The notes: generated by a model not told the origin, from the letters alone. A stretch of DNA of 64,000 nucleotides from an uncultured Pseudomonadota bacterium (GCA_903921785.1 CAIXRH010000045.1:4366-68365); one strand, 5' to 3'; positions 16,728-27,762 are shown, numbered from the stretch's first letter. Numbers and translations: made by a program.

Positions 16728-17590
16728 ACCCGAACCCGACCATCGGTGATCGGATCACCGCGCTACCTCCGCTCGACGCCTCGGTGGCGAAGCTCGCCCG
16801 GCTCGTCCAGGACCCCGACAGCAGCCTCGGCGCGTTCGAAAACGTGATCCGCCCCGACCCGGCGCTCACTGCCAACCTCCTGAAGCTCGCCAACTCCGCC
16901 CTGTATTCGAGCACCACCAAGGTGGTCTCCGTGCGCGACGCCATCGCTCGCGTCGGCACCCGTCGGGTGTGGGAGACGGCGACCGCCGGCGCGTTCGGGC
17001 GCACGCTTCCGAAGGTGCTCAGCGGCTACGACGTGGACGCTGTGGGCTTCTGGCGCCACTCGGTGGCGGTGGCGGTGTTCGCGGAGGCGATCGCCCGCGG
17101 CGCCCACCTCGCGGCCGCGCCGGCTGCGTTCACCGCCGGGCTGCTGCACGACATGGGCAAGCTGGTGATCGCCGACTTCCTCGCCCCGGAACGGGTGGAG
17201 CTGCTCGACCGCCTCGAACGCGGAAAGCTCTCCATGCTCGCGGCGGAGCAGGAGTTGCTCGGTACGGATCACGCGCAGGTCGGGGAGGCCGTGGCCACCC
17301 GATGGGGGCTCCCCGAGGAGCTGGTCGCGGCGGCCCGCTGGCATCACGAGCCCCTGATGGCTCCTGACGCCCGGCTCCAGGAGCTGGCCGGCGCGGTGCA
17401 CGTGGCCAACGGGTTGGCGCACGCCATGGGCTTCGGGTGCGACATCGGGGGGCTGCACCGGCGCACCGACCCGGCGATCCTGGCGCGGATGCAGCTTGAT
17501 CCCTCGAAGCTGGAACGGCTCGCCGCCAACAGCCTCACCGAGATCCTGGAATTGTCGCGCTCGCTGAAGGCGGCGGGAGGTCCATCGTGA
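16724..17590 (+). CDS. HDOD domain signalling protein
   Basis: HDOD pattern: LPPLDASVAKLARLVQDPDSS, DPALTANLLKLANSALY, AGLLHDMGKLVIA, HHEP. It overlaps the cheD stop in an ATGA arrangement. Confidence 0.85.
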   Translation: MNPNPTIGDRITALPPLDASVAKLARLVQDPDSSLGAFENVIRPDPALTANLLKLANSALYSSTTKVVSVRDAIARVGTRRVWETATAGAFGRTLPKVLSGYDVDAVGFWRHSVAVAVFAEAIARGAHLAAAPAAFTAGLLHDMGKLVIADFLAPERVELLDRLERGKLSMLAAEQELLGTDHAQVGEAVATRWGLPEELVAAARWHHEPLMAPDARLQELAGAVHVANGLAHAMGFGCDIGGLHRRTDPAILARMQLDPSKLERLAANSLTEILELSRSLKAAGGPS

Positions 17591-17967
17591 GCTACAGCAG
17601 CCTCATCGTCGATGACTCGGCGATCATCCGAAAAATGATCCGTCGCGCCTTGAGCCTCTCGGGGCTGGACCTCGGGGACATCCTGGAGGCCGGTGACGGG
17701 CGCCAGGCCCTCGCGGTGCTCGACGACCACTGGGTGGACGTGGTGCTCACCGACATCCACATGCCGGAGATGGACGGGATCGAGCTGGTGGAGCGCATGG
17801 CGCTCGACCCGCTGCTCTCGAAGATTCCAGTGCTGGTGGTGAGCACCGAGCGCAGCGAGGAGCGCATCGAGCGCCTGCGCCGCCTGGGGATCAAGGGGTA
17901 CCTCACCAAGCCCTTCACCCCCGAACAGATCCGCGATGCGGTGACCCGCGCCCTGGGAGGAGACTGA
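17587..17967 (+). CDS. cheY: chemotaxis response regulator CheY (single REC domain)
   Basis: The REC fold has SLIVDDS, a phospho-acceptor context VVLTDIHMPEMDG, VLVVST and GYLTKPF. Its GTG start overlaps the HDOD gene stop (GTGA). Confidence 0.9.
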   Translation: MSYSSLIVDDSAIIRKMIRRALSLSGLDLGDILEAGDGRQALAVLDDHWVDVVLTDIHMPEMDGIELVERMALDPLLSKIPVLVVSTERSEERIERLRRLGIKGYLTKPFTPEQIRDAVTRALGGD

Positions 17968-17968
17968 G

Positions 17969-19437
<1,469 letters not shown>

Positions 19438-19452
19438 GCCGCGCTGTACGAA

Positions 19453-19500
19453 GCCGCCCGACGAGGCGCCCCGAGGGCCTCGTCGGGCGGCGGCCGTTTT
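19453..19500 (+). terminator. Rho-independent-type terminator after cheB
   Basis: A perfect 15-bp stem GCCGCCCGACGAGGC (19453-19467) / GCCTCGTCGGGCGGC (19477-19491) has a 9-nt loop and is followed by GGCCGTTTT (T-run 19497-19500). It lies 16 nt after the cheB stop. Confidence 0.6.
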
Positions 19501-19518
19501 GGCTCCTCCCCGCGCGTC

Positions 19519-19609
19519 CGCGGCGCCCCCACCGGAGCGCTGAGGGTGGCTCGAAGCGCGAGCGCGCGCTTGCCGTCGGTCGCTCGAAGCGCCGGGGGTG
19601 GGGATGCGC
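19519..19609 (+). repeat. repeat family C, copy 1
   Basis: It shares CGCGGCGCCCNCCACCGGAGCGCTGA...CTCGAAGCGCGA...GAAGCGCCGRGGGTGGGGATGCGC with 32316-32408. It contains the hairpin AAGCGCG-AGCG-CGCGCTT. Confidence 0.6.
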
Positions 19610-19670
19610 ACTCGACGCGACATCGAAGGCGGCCGCCGATGGGAAGAGTGGCGACCATCGTGACCCGAAC

Positions 19671-19692
19671 GCCATCGGTCATTCGACCGATG
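19671..19692. promoter_or_regulatory. palindrome CCATCGGTCATTCGACCGATGG upstream of mcp
   Basis: A 10+10 inverted repeat about 158 nt upstream of the mcp ATG. It differs from the cheW-upstream site only at the central position and is followed by an unusually A-rich tract (aagaaacacaaaaag). Confidence 0.55.
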
Positions 19693-19829
19693 GGGATCGG
19701 CAAGAAACACAAAAAGCGCAATGTCGGCCCGGTTCCGCCGGGGGAAGCACACCACATTTCCTTCAGGTACCCCGCGTTGCGATCGATACCGGGTCCAGCC
19801 TCTGGCCTCACACAACGAAGGTGACGCAA

Positions 19830-21920
19830 ATGTCCTTCCTCGACCATTACCGACTCGCTCCGAAGCTCCTGTCCGTGCCGATCGTCCTGGTCGCGGCCAT
19901 GGCGGGCATGGGGTGGTACTCGCAGGCTCAGCTGCAAGCGACCGCGACGAGCACGGACGAGATGTACGCTCTGCAGCTCAAGCCCCTGGTGGACCTCGGC
20001 GAGATGGCCGAGTCCTTCCAGCGCGCTCGCGGCAACCTCATCGAGGCCGTGTACGTGAGCGACCCCGAGAAGGCGAAGGCGCTGCTCTCCAAGATCGCCG
20101 AGCGCGACGCCGAGGTGAAAGCCCGGGTCGAGTCCTACCAGAGCACGATCCGCACGGAGGAGGGCAAGAAGGCCTTCGCGGACCTCACCAGCGCGCTCGA
20201 CGAATTCACCGCCGCGCGCACCACGATGATGGCCGCGATCGATCGCGGCGATCAGGCCGCCGCCCTCACCATCTGGACCGAACAGTGTGAGCCCGCCCGG
20301 ACGAAGGTGCAGGACGCGATGGAGAAGGTCCAGAAGACCAAGATCGCCATCGCCGACGAGCGGGTGGCCGAGGCCGATTCCGCCGCCGTCACCGTGCGCG
20401 ACATCCTGCTCGGCAGCACCGTCCTCTCCGTGCTCTTCGGCCTCGGCCTGGGCATCACCGTCTCGCGAAACCTCGCCTCCCGCGCGGAGGCCCTCTCCGG
20501 GATGGCCAAGCGCGTCGCGCTCGGCGAGATCGTGACGGTGAACGTGGAAGGCGCGGACGAGCTCGCCGAGGTGAGCCGGGCGTTCGCCAGCGTGGTGCAG
20601 GCCCAGGCGACCCTCGCCGCCGCCGCCACCCGCGTCGCCGCTGGCGACCCGACCGTGGAGGTGAAGCCCCGCGGACCGGACGACGCCCTGAGCCACGCCT
20701 TCGTGAAGCTCATCGACACCACGCGCAACCTCACCACCGACTTGCAGCAGCTCGTGGCCGCCGCCCAGCGCGGCGCGCTCTCCGAGCGCGGGGACGCCGC
20801 CCGGTTCCAAGGGAGCTACGCCTCGATCGTCAAGGGCATCAACCAGATGCTCGACGCCATCGTGGCGCCGATCTCCGAAGCCGCCCAGGTGCTCGACCGG
20901 GTGGCCGCGCGTGACATGACCGCGCGGGTGCACGGCAGCTACGCCGGCGAGTACGATCGCATCAAGACGAGCCTGAACAGCGCGGTGGGGACGCTCGAAG
21001 AGAGCCTGCAGCAGGTGGCCCGGGGCGCCGAGCAGGTCTCCGCGGCGGCCAACCAGATCGCGTCGAGCGCGCAGGCCGTGGCCCAGGGCGCCTCGGAGCA
21101 GGCCAGCGCGCTGGAGGAGACCTCGGCCAGCCTCGAGACGATGTCCAGCGTGACCAGCCAGAACGCCCAGAACGCCAGCCAGGCCGATGGGCTCGCCCGC
21201 ACGGCGAAGGTGGCCTCCGACCAGGGTATCGAGGCGATGGCCGGGATGAACCAGGCGATGGAGCGCATCCGGATGTCCGCCGAGCGGACCGCCGCGATCA
21301 TCCGCGACATCAACGACATCGCCTTCCAGACGAACCTCCTCGCCCTGAACGCGGCGGTGGAAGCGGCCCGGGCGGGCGACGCGGGACGGGGCTTCGCGGT
21401 GGTCGCGGAGGAGGTCCGGAACCTCGCGATGCGCTCCAAGGAGGCCGCGAAGAAGACCGAGACGCTGATCCAGGAGTCGGTGGACCTCGCTCGGCAGGGC
21501 GAGGGCATGTCGCAGCAGGTGAACACCAACCTCGAAGAGATCGTGACGTCGGTGAGCAAGGTCAGCGCGATCGTCACCGAGATCGCCACGGCCAGCGCCG
21601 GACAGGCCCGGGGCATCCAGGAGGTGAACCGCGCGGTCGGGGAGATGGAGAAGGTCACCCAGCAGAACGCGGCGAACGCCGAAGAAGCGGCGAGCGCGGT
21701 CGAGGAGCTGTCGGGCCAGACCCGCGAGCTCACCGGCATGGTCAGCCGCTTCGAGCTCAGCGGCGAAGGCCGCCCCGTGGTCCGTGCTCCCGCGAAGCCG
21801 ATTCGCGCCCCGAGCCCCGCGCAGGCCGCGCCCATCCACAAGCGGGCCCCGCCGCCGCCCAAGCCCTCCGCAGAGTCCGTGTTCCCCCTCGACGACGAGC
21901 CCGCGTTCCGGGACTTCTAA
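19830..21920 (+). CDS. methyl-accepting chemotaxis protein (4-helix-bundle sensor, HAMP, MA domain)
   Basis: The ATG at 19830 lies within track ORF 18399..21920. It has an N-terminal TM, a helical periplasmic domain, a second TM ([20 protein letters not shown]) and the highly conserved signalling hairpin [37 protein letters not shown]. Confidence 0.9.
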   Translation: MSFLDHYRLAPKLLSVPIVLVAAMAGMGWYSQAQLQATATSTDEMYALQLKPLVDLGEMAESFQRARGNLIEAVYVSDPEKAKALLSKIAERDAEVKARVESYQSTIRTEEGKKAFADLTSALDEFTAARTTMMAAIDRGDQAAALTIWTEQCEPARTKVQDAMEKVQKTKIAIADERVAEADSAAVTVRDILLGSTVLSVLFGLGLGITVSRNLASRAEALSGMAKRVALGEIVTVNVEGADELAEVSRAFASVVQAQATLAAAATRVAAGDPTVEVKPRGPDDALSHAFVKLIDTTRNLTTDLQQLVAAAQRGALSERGDAARFQGSYASIVKGINQMLDAIVAPISEAAQVLDRVAARDMTARVHGSYAGEYDRIKTSLNSAVGTLEESLQQVARGAEQVSAAANQIASSAQAVAQGASEQASALEETSASLETMSSVTSQNAQNASQADGLARTAKVASDQGIEAMAGMNQAMERIRMSAERTAAIIRDINDIAFQTNLLALNAAVEAARAGDAGRGFAVVAEEVRNLAMRSKEAAKKTETLIQESVDLARQGEGMSQQVNTNLEEIVTSVSKVSAIVTEIATASAGQARGIQEVNRAVGEMEKVTQQNAANAEEAASAVEELSGQTRELTGMVSRFELSGEGRPVVRAPAKPIRAPSPAQAAPIHKRAPPPPKPSAESVFPLDDEPAFRDF

Positions 21921-21932
21921 GAGGTACCGCCC

Positions 21933-24293
21933 ATGTCCCCCTCTGAAGAAACCGCTGGTGACCTGCTCCTCGATGAGGCGGCAGCCACCGTGGTGATGGC
22001 CGACCCGAGTGACCTCGGGGGCGTGTCCGGTGTTTCCGCGCTCCTCACGGAGGCGGCGCAGAAGCTCCGCGAGGAGGGGGACGGGGAAGGCGCGCGCCAG
22101 GCCGACGCCCTCTCGGGCTGGTTGGCCGCGGCGCTCAGCAGCGGGGATGACGGCGGGGAGGTGCTCAACCGCCTCTCGGCCGGGATCACCGAGGTGCAGC
22201 GCTGGCGAGCCGGTCCGCGGGAGCTCCCGGCGGTCACGCCGGAAGCGAGCGGGGGTTCGACGGCGACGTCGTCGCCCTCGGCCGACGCGCCCCCCGAGTC
22301 GGCCCCGGCAGGCGGCAAGGCCTTCGACGCCGAGACCGTGGTCCTCATCGGAGAGTTCCTCGGCGAAGCCTCGGAAGGACTGGCCACGGCCGATGAGATC
22401 CTGCTCACCGTGGAGCAGGACGGGCAGGAGCCCGAGAAGGTCAACGCGTTGTTCCGGGTGTTCCACACGATCAAGGGGGTGTCGGGGTTCCTCGGCCTCC
22501 CCGACGTGACCACGTTGGCGCACACCACCGAAAACCTCATGAACCAGGTGCGCGAGGGGAAAGCACGCCTGGAAGGCCCGAACCTCGAGGCGATGTTCGC
22601 CGCCACCGGGGAGATGCGGAAGTACCTGGATGAGGTGCGCCGCGCCGTGGAGTCGGACTCGCCGGTGGGGAGGGTTCCGTCCGCGGACGCCGTGCTGGCC
22701 GAGCTCCGGGCCTGCATCGCCGCGGCATCGGACGGCGAAGCCGCGCCGGCGAAGGCGGCCCCCAAGGCGGTTCCCGCCGAGGAGGCCGAGCTCTTCGTGG
22801 ACGCGCCCGCCGTGGTCGAGGCCGCGCCGGTCGTCCCGCTGGCACCTTCGGCCGTGGACGTGCCCACCCCGAGCCTGGCGGTTCCCCCGCGAGCGGCGAC
22901 GCCGGTGACGACGGCACCCGTGCCCGTCGCGGCACCACCCGCGGCGATCGCGGCGCCGGAGCCCAAGGCAGCCCCCGCCCCCAAGCCTGCGCAGGGGGTC
23001 AACGAGTCCGCGGCGGCGGCCCGCGCACCGGCGGCCGCGCCCGCGCAAGCAGCCCCAGCCACTCCGACCAGCGGCGGCCCCGCCCGCCTACGGGAAACCC
23101 TGAAGATCGACCTCGAGCGGGTGGACTCGCTCATGGAGCTCATCGGGGAGCTGATCATCGTCGAGTCGATGGTGGTCTTCGCTCCCGAGATCCGCGAGAT
23201 CCCCTCCCTGCAGGTGCGAAAGCACCTCACCCAGCTCTCCAAGATCAGCCGCGACCTCCAGGACGTGGCGATGCGGATGCGCATGGTGCCGTTGCGCGGC
23301 GTCTTCCAGAAGATGCAGCGGCTCGTCCGTGAGCTCTCCCACAAGACCGGCAAGCGGGTAAGCCTCGCGATCTCCGGCGAAGGCACCGAGATGGACCGCT
23401 CCATGGTGGAGCGCATCGAAGACCCGCTGGTGCACATGCTCCGCAACGCGGTGGACCACGGCATCGAATCGGTGGAAGACCGCCTCCGCTCCGGAAAACC
23501 GGCCGAGGCGACGATCCGGCTCTGCGCCTACCACGAAGGCGGAAGCGTGGTGATCGAGGTCGGTGACGACGGCCGCGGCCTCAACCGCGAGGCCATCCTC
23601 CGCCGCGCGGTCGAACGCGGGCTCATCCGCGACGGCGAAGCCCGCGGCGACTCCGAGGTCTACGCGCTCATCTTCGCGCCGGGCTTCTCCACCGCCGCGG
23701 CGGTGACCGAGATCTCGGGCCGAGGCGTCGGCATGGACGTGGTGAAGCGCACGGTCGAGGACCTCCGCGGCCGGGTGATCATCCAGTCCACGCCGGGCAC
23801 GGGGAGCACGTTCCGGCTGGTGCTGCCGCTGACGCTGGCGATCATCGACGGCATGCTCGTGGCGGTCGGCAACGAACGCTACATCGTGCCCAGCCTCTCG
23901 ATCATCGAGTCGCTGCAGCCGCGGGAGGGGATGATCTCCACCTACCGCAACTCGGACGAGCTCATCAACGTACGCGGCGAGCTCCTCCCGCTGTTCCGCC
24001 TCGGAAAGATCTTCGACCTCCCGGCCGCGATCGAGGACCCCTGCCACGCCCTGGTGATGGTCGTGGAGAGCATGGGCCGGAAGGTCGGTTTGTTGGTCGA
24101 CGACGTCGTCTCCCAGCAGCAGGTGGTGATCAAGCCCGTCGGCACGGGTGTAGGCCAGCAGGACTCGTTCTCCGGCGCGGCGATCCTCTCCGACGGAAAG
24201 GTCGGGCTGATCCTGAACATCGACCGGATCTGCAACGCCGTGGGCGTACGCGCCCAACGCGCCGGATGGGGGAGCGGCGAGATGCGCGTGTAG
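21933..24293 (+). CDS. cheA: chemotaxis histidine kinase CheA
   Basis: The Hpt motif is FRVFHTIKGVSGFLG. It also has a long Ala/Pro linker, a dimerisation region, HATPase_c blocks (HMLRNAVDHGIE, DDGRGL, GRGVGMDVV, GTGSTF) and a C-terminal CheW-like domain. Confidence 0.9.
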   Translation: MSPSEETAGDLLLDEAAATVVMADPSDLGGVSGVSALLTEAAQKLREEGDGEGARQADALSGWLAAALSSGDDGGEVLNRLSAGITEVQRWRAGPRELPAVTPEASGGSTATSSPSADAPPESAPAGGKAFDAETVVLIGEFLGEASEGLATADEILLTVEQDGQEPEKVNALFRVFHTIKGVSGFLGLPDVTTLAHTTENLMNQVREGKARLEGPNLEAMFAATGEMRKYLDEVRRAVESDSPVGRVPSADAVLAELRACIAAASDGEAAPAKAAPKAVPAEEAELFVDAPAVVEAAPVVPLAPSAVDVPTPSLAVPPRAATPVTTAPVPVAAPPAAIAAPEPKAAPAPKPAQGVNESAAAARAPAAAPAQAAPATPTSGGPARLRETLKIDLERVDSLMELIGELIIVESMVVFAPEIREIPSLQVRKHLTQLSKISRDLQDVAMRMRMVPLRGVFQKMQRLVRELSHKTGKRVSLAISGEGTEMDRSMVERIEDPLVHMLRNAVDHGIESVEDRLRSGKPAEATIRLCAYHEGGSVVIEVGDDGRGLNREAILRRAVERGLIRDGEARGDSEVYALIFAPGFSTAAAVTEISGRGVGMDVVKRTVEDLRGRVIIQSTPGTGSTFRLVLPLTLAIIDGMLVAVGNERYIVPSLSIIESLQPREGMISTYRNSDELINVRGELLPLFRLGKIFDLPAAIEDPCHALVMVVESMGRKVGLLVDDVVSQQQVVIKPVGTGVGQQDSFSGAAILSDGKVGLILNIDRICNAVGVRAQRAGWGSGEMRV

Positions 24294-24316
24294 GTCGGGT
24301 GCCCTCGGGCGCCCCC

Positions 24317-25159
24317 TCACCCGTCGACGAACCGCACCCGCGCCATCGTTCCGACCCGGCGATACCCGATCTTCTCGTAGATCGCGTTGGAGACCGGGTT
24401 CGCGAGGTCGGTGAACAGGGTGCAGCCGCGACGACCGCTCGCGAGCGCCTGGCGACTCATCGCGGCGACGAGGGCCGTGGCGTAGCCGTGACCGCGGGCC
24501 TCCGGCGGCGTGTACACCGGCCCCACGCTCACGAACCCCTCGATCTCCCGCCCGAACGCCGCAAACGACACCGGGGTGCCCTCGGGGGACAGCCAGAGGT
24601 ACACCCGCCCGTTGGTGGCATAGCGGACGCCGGTGTCGGCGGTCGGCGGCGGATCGTGGGGGACGGCCTCGGCATGGAACGCTTCGCCCCACGCCCGGAG
24701 CAGGGGCGCATGGGCGCCGTCGGCGAGGCACATCCGACCTGGAACCTCGGGTACCGGGTTCACCTGGCGCAGCTCGAAGAGCCCCATGCGCCCTTCGACC
24801 TCCGCGTGCTGCCCGGAGCCGGTGACCGCCGCCTCGGCGAAGGCATGGGCCGCCTCCTCCTGCCCGAAGACCCCGAAGAGGTCGTGCGTCTCCGCGGCGT
24901 AGGCGCCCCCCATCAGCGCGGCCACGTCGGGGTCGGCGGCGCTGAGGGTGGGGTTCCACGGCGGTGTGTGGACGAGGACGCCGACGCACACGCCGTCGCG
25001 GCTGACGGACCGCAGGCGCACCACCGGGTACCGCGCGGGATCCGTGCGCAGCGTGGCGAGGACGCCGAGCGGCATCTGGTTGACGAGGGGGGCGGCGCGC
25101 AGGTGGGCCCCCGCGACCGCCTCGAATTCAACGGGATCGAGATGCACCAGCCAACGCAC
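24317..25159 (-). CDS. GNAT-family N-acetyltransferase
   Basis: The C-terminal acetyl-CoA binding pattern is VGPVYTPPEARGHGYATALVAAM...LFTDLANPVSNAIYEKIGY (R/Q-x-x-G-x-G/A motif). Confidence 0.8.
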   Translation of the reverse strand: MRWLVHLDPVEFEAVAGAHLRAAPLVNQMPLGVLATLRTDPARYPVVRLRSVSRDGVCVGVLVHTPPWNPTLSAADPDVAALMGGAYAAETHDLFGVFGQEEAAHAFAEAAVTGSGQHAEVEGRMGLFELRQVNPVPEVPGRMCLADGAHAPLLRAWGEAFHAEAVPHDPPPTADTGVRYATNGRVYLWLSPEGTPVSFAAFGREIEGFVSVGPVYTPPEARGHGYATALVAAMSRQALASGRRGCTLFTDLANPVSNAIYEKIGYRRVGTMARVRFVDG

Positions 25160-25266
25160 GCCGGCCGGCTAACCGCCTTCGGGCGGCCGCGACACGGGGT
25201 CAACGGACTCGGAGGTCCCAAGAAGAGGGGAGGCCCAACGTCCAGCCGACGCGTTAGCCGCGGCCG

Positions 25267-25929
25267 ATGGCCGACCGCCCGATGACGCGCAGCGAAGCGA
25301 CCCTCGCGATCACCACCTACGAACGCCCCGTCCACCGGCGCTACGTCGACCCGGTGGACCTGGTTTGGATCGCCACCGCCAAGCGCCTCGGCCTCCGGAT
25401 CCGGCGCAACCCCGCGATCTTCTCCGCCACCGATGGCACCGGGCTTTTGGAGCTTGGACCGCTGGCCACGCTCGATCCCGACGACTGCACCGCGCAGATG
25501 ATCTACCACGAGTTCTGCCACTGGGTCACCAACGGCCTGGAGACCGTTCACGAGCGCGACTGGGGCTTCGCGCTCGACGCCGAGCTCGACTGGCGAGAGC
25601 ACGCCTGCCTCCGGGTCCAGGCCGCGCTCGCCGACGAGTTCAACCTCCGCAACATCCTCGCCCCCACCAGCCAATTCCGGAAGTACTACGACGAGCTCCC
25701 GGCGGATGCGTTCGGGCCGATGCCCGGTTGGCACTGTGAAGAGCGCGTGGTGCCGCTCGCCCGAGAGGCCTTCGCCCGCGCTCACGAAGGCCGGTGGGGC
25801 GCCGCGCTCCGCGACGTCCTCCGCGCCCACGCCGCGATCCGCGACACCGTGGCTCCGTTCCTGCCCGACTACGCGACGGACGTTCCCGACGATCCGTACC
25901 CGAGCCTCTGGGCCGCCGACGCGGGGTAG
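25267..25929 (+). CDS. hypothetical protein with HExxH motif (possible zinc metallopeptidase-like)
   Basis: Track ORF of 220 aa with ordinary composition and the motif MIYHEFCHWV. I recognise no family. Confidence 0.6.
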   Translation: MADRPMTRSEATLAITTYERPVHRRYVDPVDLVWIATAKRLGLRIRRNPAIFSATDGTGLLELGPLATLDPDDCTAQMIYHEFCHWVTNGLETVHERDWGFALDAELDWREHACLRVQAALADEFNLRNILAPTSQFRKYYDELPADAFGPMPGWHCEERVVPLAREAFARAHEGRWGAALRDVLRAHAAIRDTVAPFLPDYATDVPDDPYPSLWAADAG

Positions 25930-25961
25930 CCGACCCGGCGAGAGATGTGTAGCTTCGTGCC

Positions 25962-26669
25962 GTGCCCGTCTACCGTCTCGTCCCCGACATCGTCTTCCCC
26001 CCGCCCGAACACGCGGAGCAGGGGCTGCTCGCCGTGGGTGGCGACCTCCGCCCCGAGCGGCTGATCGCGGGGTACCAGCAGGGGATCTTCCCCTGGTACA
26101 GCGAGGGGGAGCCGATCTGGTGGCACTCTCCCGATCCCCGCTTCGTCCTGGAGCCGGAGCGCTTCCACGTGCCGCGTTCGTTGGCGAAGGTGATGCGTCA
26201 CCGCCCGTTCGAGGTCCGGTTCGACACGGCGTTTCCCGAGGTGATCCAACGTTGCGGCCAGAAGCGCCGTCCCTCCCAGCGGGGCACCTGGATCACCCGG
26301 GACATGCGCAAGGCGTTCACCCAGCTGCACGAGCTGGGCGTGGCGCACAGCGCCGAAGCCTGGCGGGACGGCAAGCTCGTAGGCGGGCTCTACGGGGTGA
26401 GCCTGGGCGACATGTACTTCGGCGAGAGCATGTTCGCCGACGAAGACGACGCGTCCAAGGTGGCGTTCGTGGTGCTCATGCGCTGGATGGTAGACCGGGG
26501 CATCCGTCTCATCGACAGTCAGGTGCGCACGGAGCACCTCGCCCGGTTTGGCGCCGAAGACTGGCCGCGCGCCGACTACCTCGCGCGGCTCCGAGAGGTG
26601 GTGAAGGCCCCCACGCGGAAGGGCCCGTGGCAGCTGGAGCCGGAGGACGCGGAGCGGTTCGGGGGGTAG
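25962..26669 (+). CDS. aat: leucyl/phenylalanyl-tRNA--protein transferase
   Basis: GTG start. Conserved blocks: GLLAVGGDL, YQQGIFPWY, WWSPDPR, TWITxxM, HSxExW, LVGGLYGVxLGxxFFGESMF, SK.A..L. Confidence 0.9.
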   Translation: MPVYRLVPDIVFPPPEHAEQGLLAVGGDLRPERLIAGYQQGIFPWYSEGEPIWWHSPDPRFVLEPERFHVPRSLAKVMRHRPFEVRFDTAFPEVIQRCGQKRRPSQRGTWITRDMRKAFTQLHELGVAHSAEAWRDGKLVGGLYGVSLGDMYFGESMFADEDDASKVAFVVLMRWMVDRGIRLIDSQVRTEHLARFGAEDWPRADYLARLREVVKAPTRKGPWQLEPEDAERFGG

Positions 26670-26689
26670 CCCCGGGATACCCTCTCCCG

Positions 26690-27637
26690 ATGCACCCGAT
26701 CACCGAACCTCATGCCGAAGGCATGCTCCGCGTCTCCGCCCTCCACACACTCTACTGGGAGGTGTCGGGGAACCCTCAGGGCATCCCCGCCGTCTTCGTC
26801 CACGGCGGGCCCGGGGGCGGCACCGAGGCGGGCCACCGCGGCTTCTTCGACCCGGCGAAGTACCGGATCGTGCTCTTCGACCAGCGCGGCTGCGGACGCT
26901 CCACGCCCCACGCCGAGCTCCGCGAGAACACCACCTGGGACCTCGTCGCCGACATGGAGCGGCTGCGCGAACACCTCGGGATCGAGAAGTGGTTGGTCTT
27001 CGGGGGGAGCTGGGGCTCGACGCTCGGCCTCGCCTACGCCGAGACCCACCCCGAGCGGGTGCTGGCGCTGGTGCTCCGCGGGATCTTCCTGGTGCGGCAG
27101 TCGGAGATCGACTGGTTCTACCAGGGCGGCTGCGATCAGCTCTTCCCCGACGCGTGGGAGGACTACCTCGCCGCGATCCCCGCGGCGGAGCACGGCGATC
27201 TGGTGAGCGCCTACTACCGGCGTCTGACCTCCGACGACCCCGAGGTGCGGATCGCCGCGGCCCGGGCCTGGAGCGTGTGGGAGGCCCGCACGAGCAAGCT
27301 CCTGGTGAGCGAGGCGCTGGTGCAGCGCCACCAGGACGGGCACTACGCCGAGGCCTTCGCCCGGATCGAGTGCCACTACTTCAAGCACCGCTGCTGGTTC
27401 GTCCGGGACGACCAGCTCCTCGCGGACGCATGGAAGCTCCGCAACATCCCCGGCGCGATCGTGCAGGGGCGCTACGACGTGGTGTGCCCGATGCGCTCCG
27501 CGTGGGACCTGCACCGGGCGTGGCCCGAGGCCGAGCTGCACATCACGCCCGACGCCGGACACAGCGCCTTCGAGGAGGGCAACGCGAAGCGGCTGGTGGA
27601 GGTCACCGACCGGTTCGCGGCGCTGCTCGGGGGGTAG
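26690..27637 (+). CDS. pip: prolyl aminopeptidase (proline iminopeptidase)
   Basis: The ATG at 26690 lies within track ORF 25706..27637. It has HGGPGGG, DQRGCGRS and the nucleophile elbow GGSWGSTL, with a C-terminal GHSAFE. Confidence 0.9.
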   Translation: MHPITEPHAEGMLRVSALHTLYWEVSGNPQGIPAVFVHGGPGGGTEAGHRGFFDPAKYRIVLFDQRGCGRSTPHAELRENTTWDLVADMERLREHLGIEKWLVFGGSWGSTLGLAYAETHPERVLALVLRGIFLVRQSEIDWFYQGGCDQLFPDAWEDYLAAIPAAEHGDLVSAYYRRLTSDDPEVRIAAARAWSVWEARTSKLLVSEALVQRHQDGHYAEAFARIECHYFKHRCWFVRDDQLLADAWKLRNIPGAIVQGRYDVVCPMRSAWDLHRAWPEAELHITPDAGHSAFEEGNAKRLVEVTDRFAALLGG

Positions 27638-27638
27638 T

Positions 27639-27705
27639 CGCGCCGACGCCGATGCCGGCTCGCGAGGGTGTAGTCGGGCTGGGAGGGGGAACCAACCTTA
27701 GGCCC
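27639..27705 (+). repeat. repeat family B, copy 1
   Basis: CGCGCCGACGCCGATGCCGGCTCGCGAGGGTGTAGTCGGGCTGGGAGGGGGAACCAACCTTAGGCCC. It starts 2 nt after the pip stop and is the most diverged of the five copies. Confidence 0.65.
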
Positions 27706-27717
27706 GCCCTCACCCCT

Positions 27718-27745
27718 TGACGTGTCAACCTGTCGGGGTAGGCTG
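27718..27745 (+). promoter_or_regulatory. candidate sigma70-type promoter (TTGACG-N16-TAGGCT)
   Basis: The -35-like TTGACG is at 27718-27723 and the -10-like TAGGCT at 27740-27745. GGAG at 27752-27755 lies 7 nt before the ATG at 27763. Confidence 0.3.
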
Positions 27746-27762
27746 TAGCCGGAGCGCCTCGC

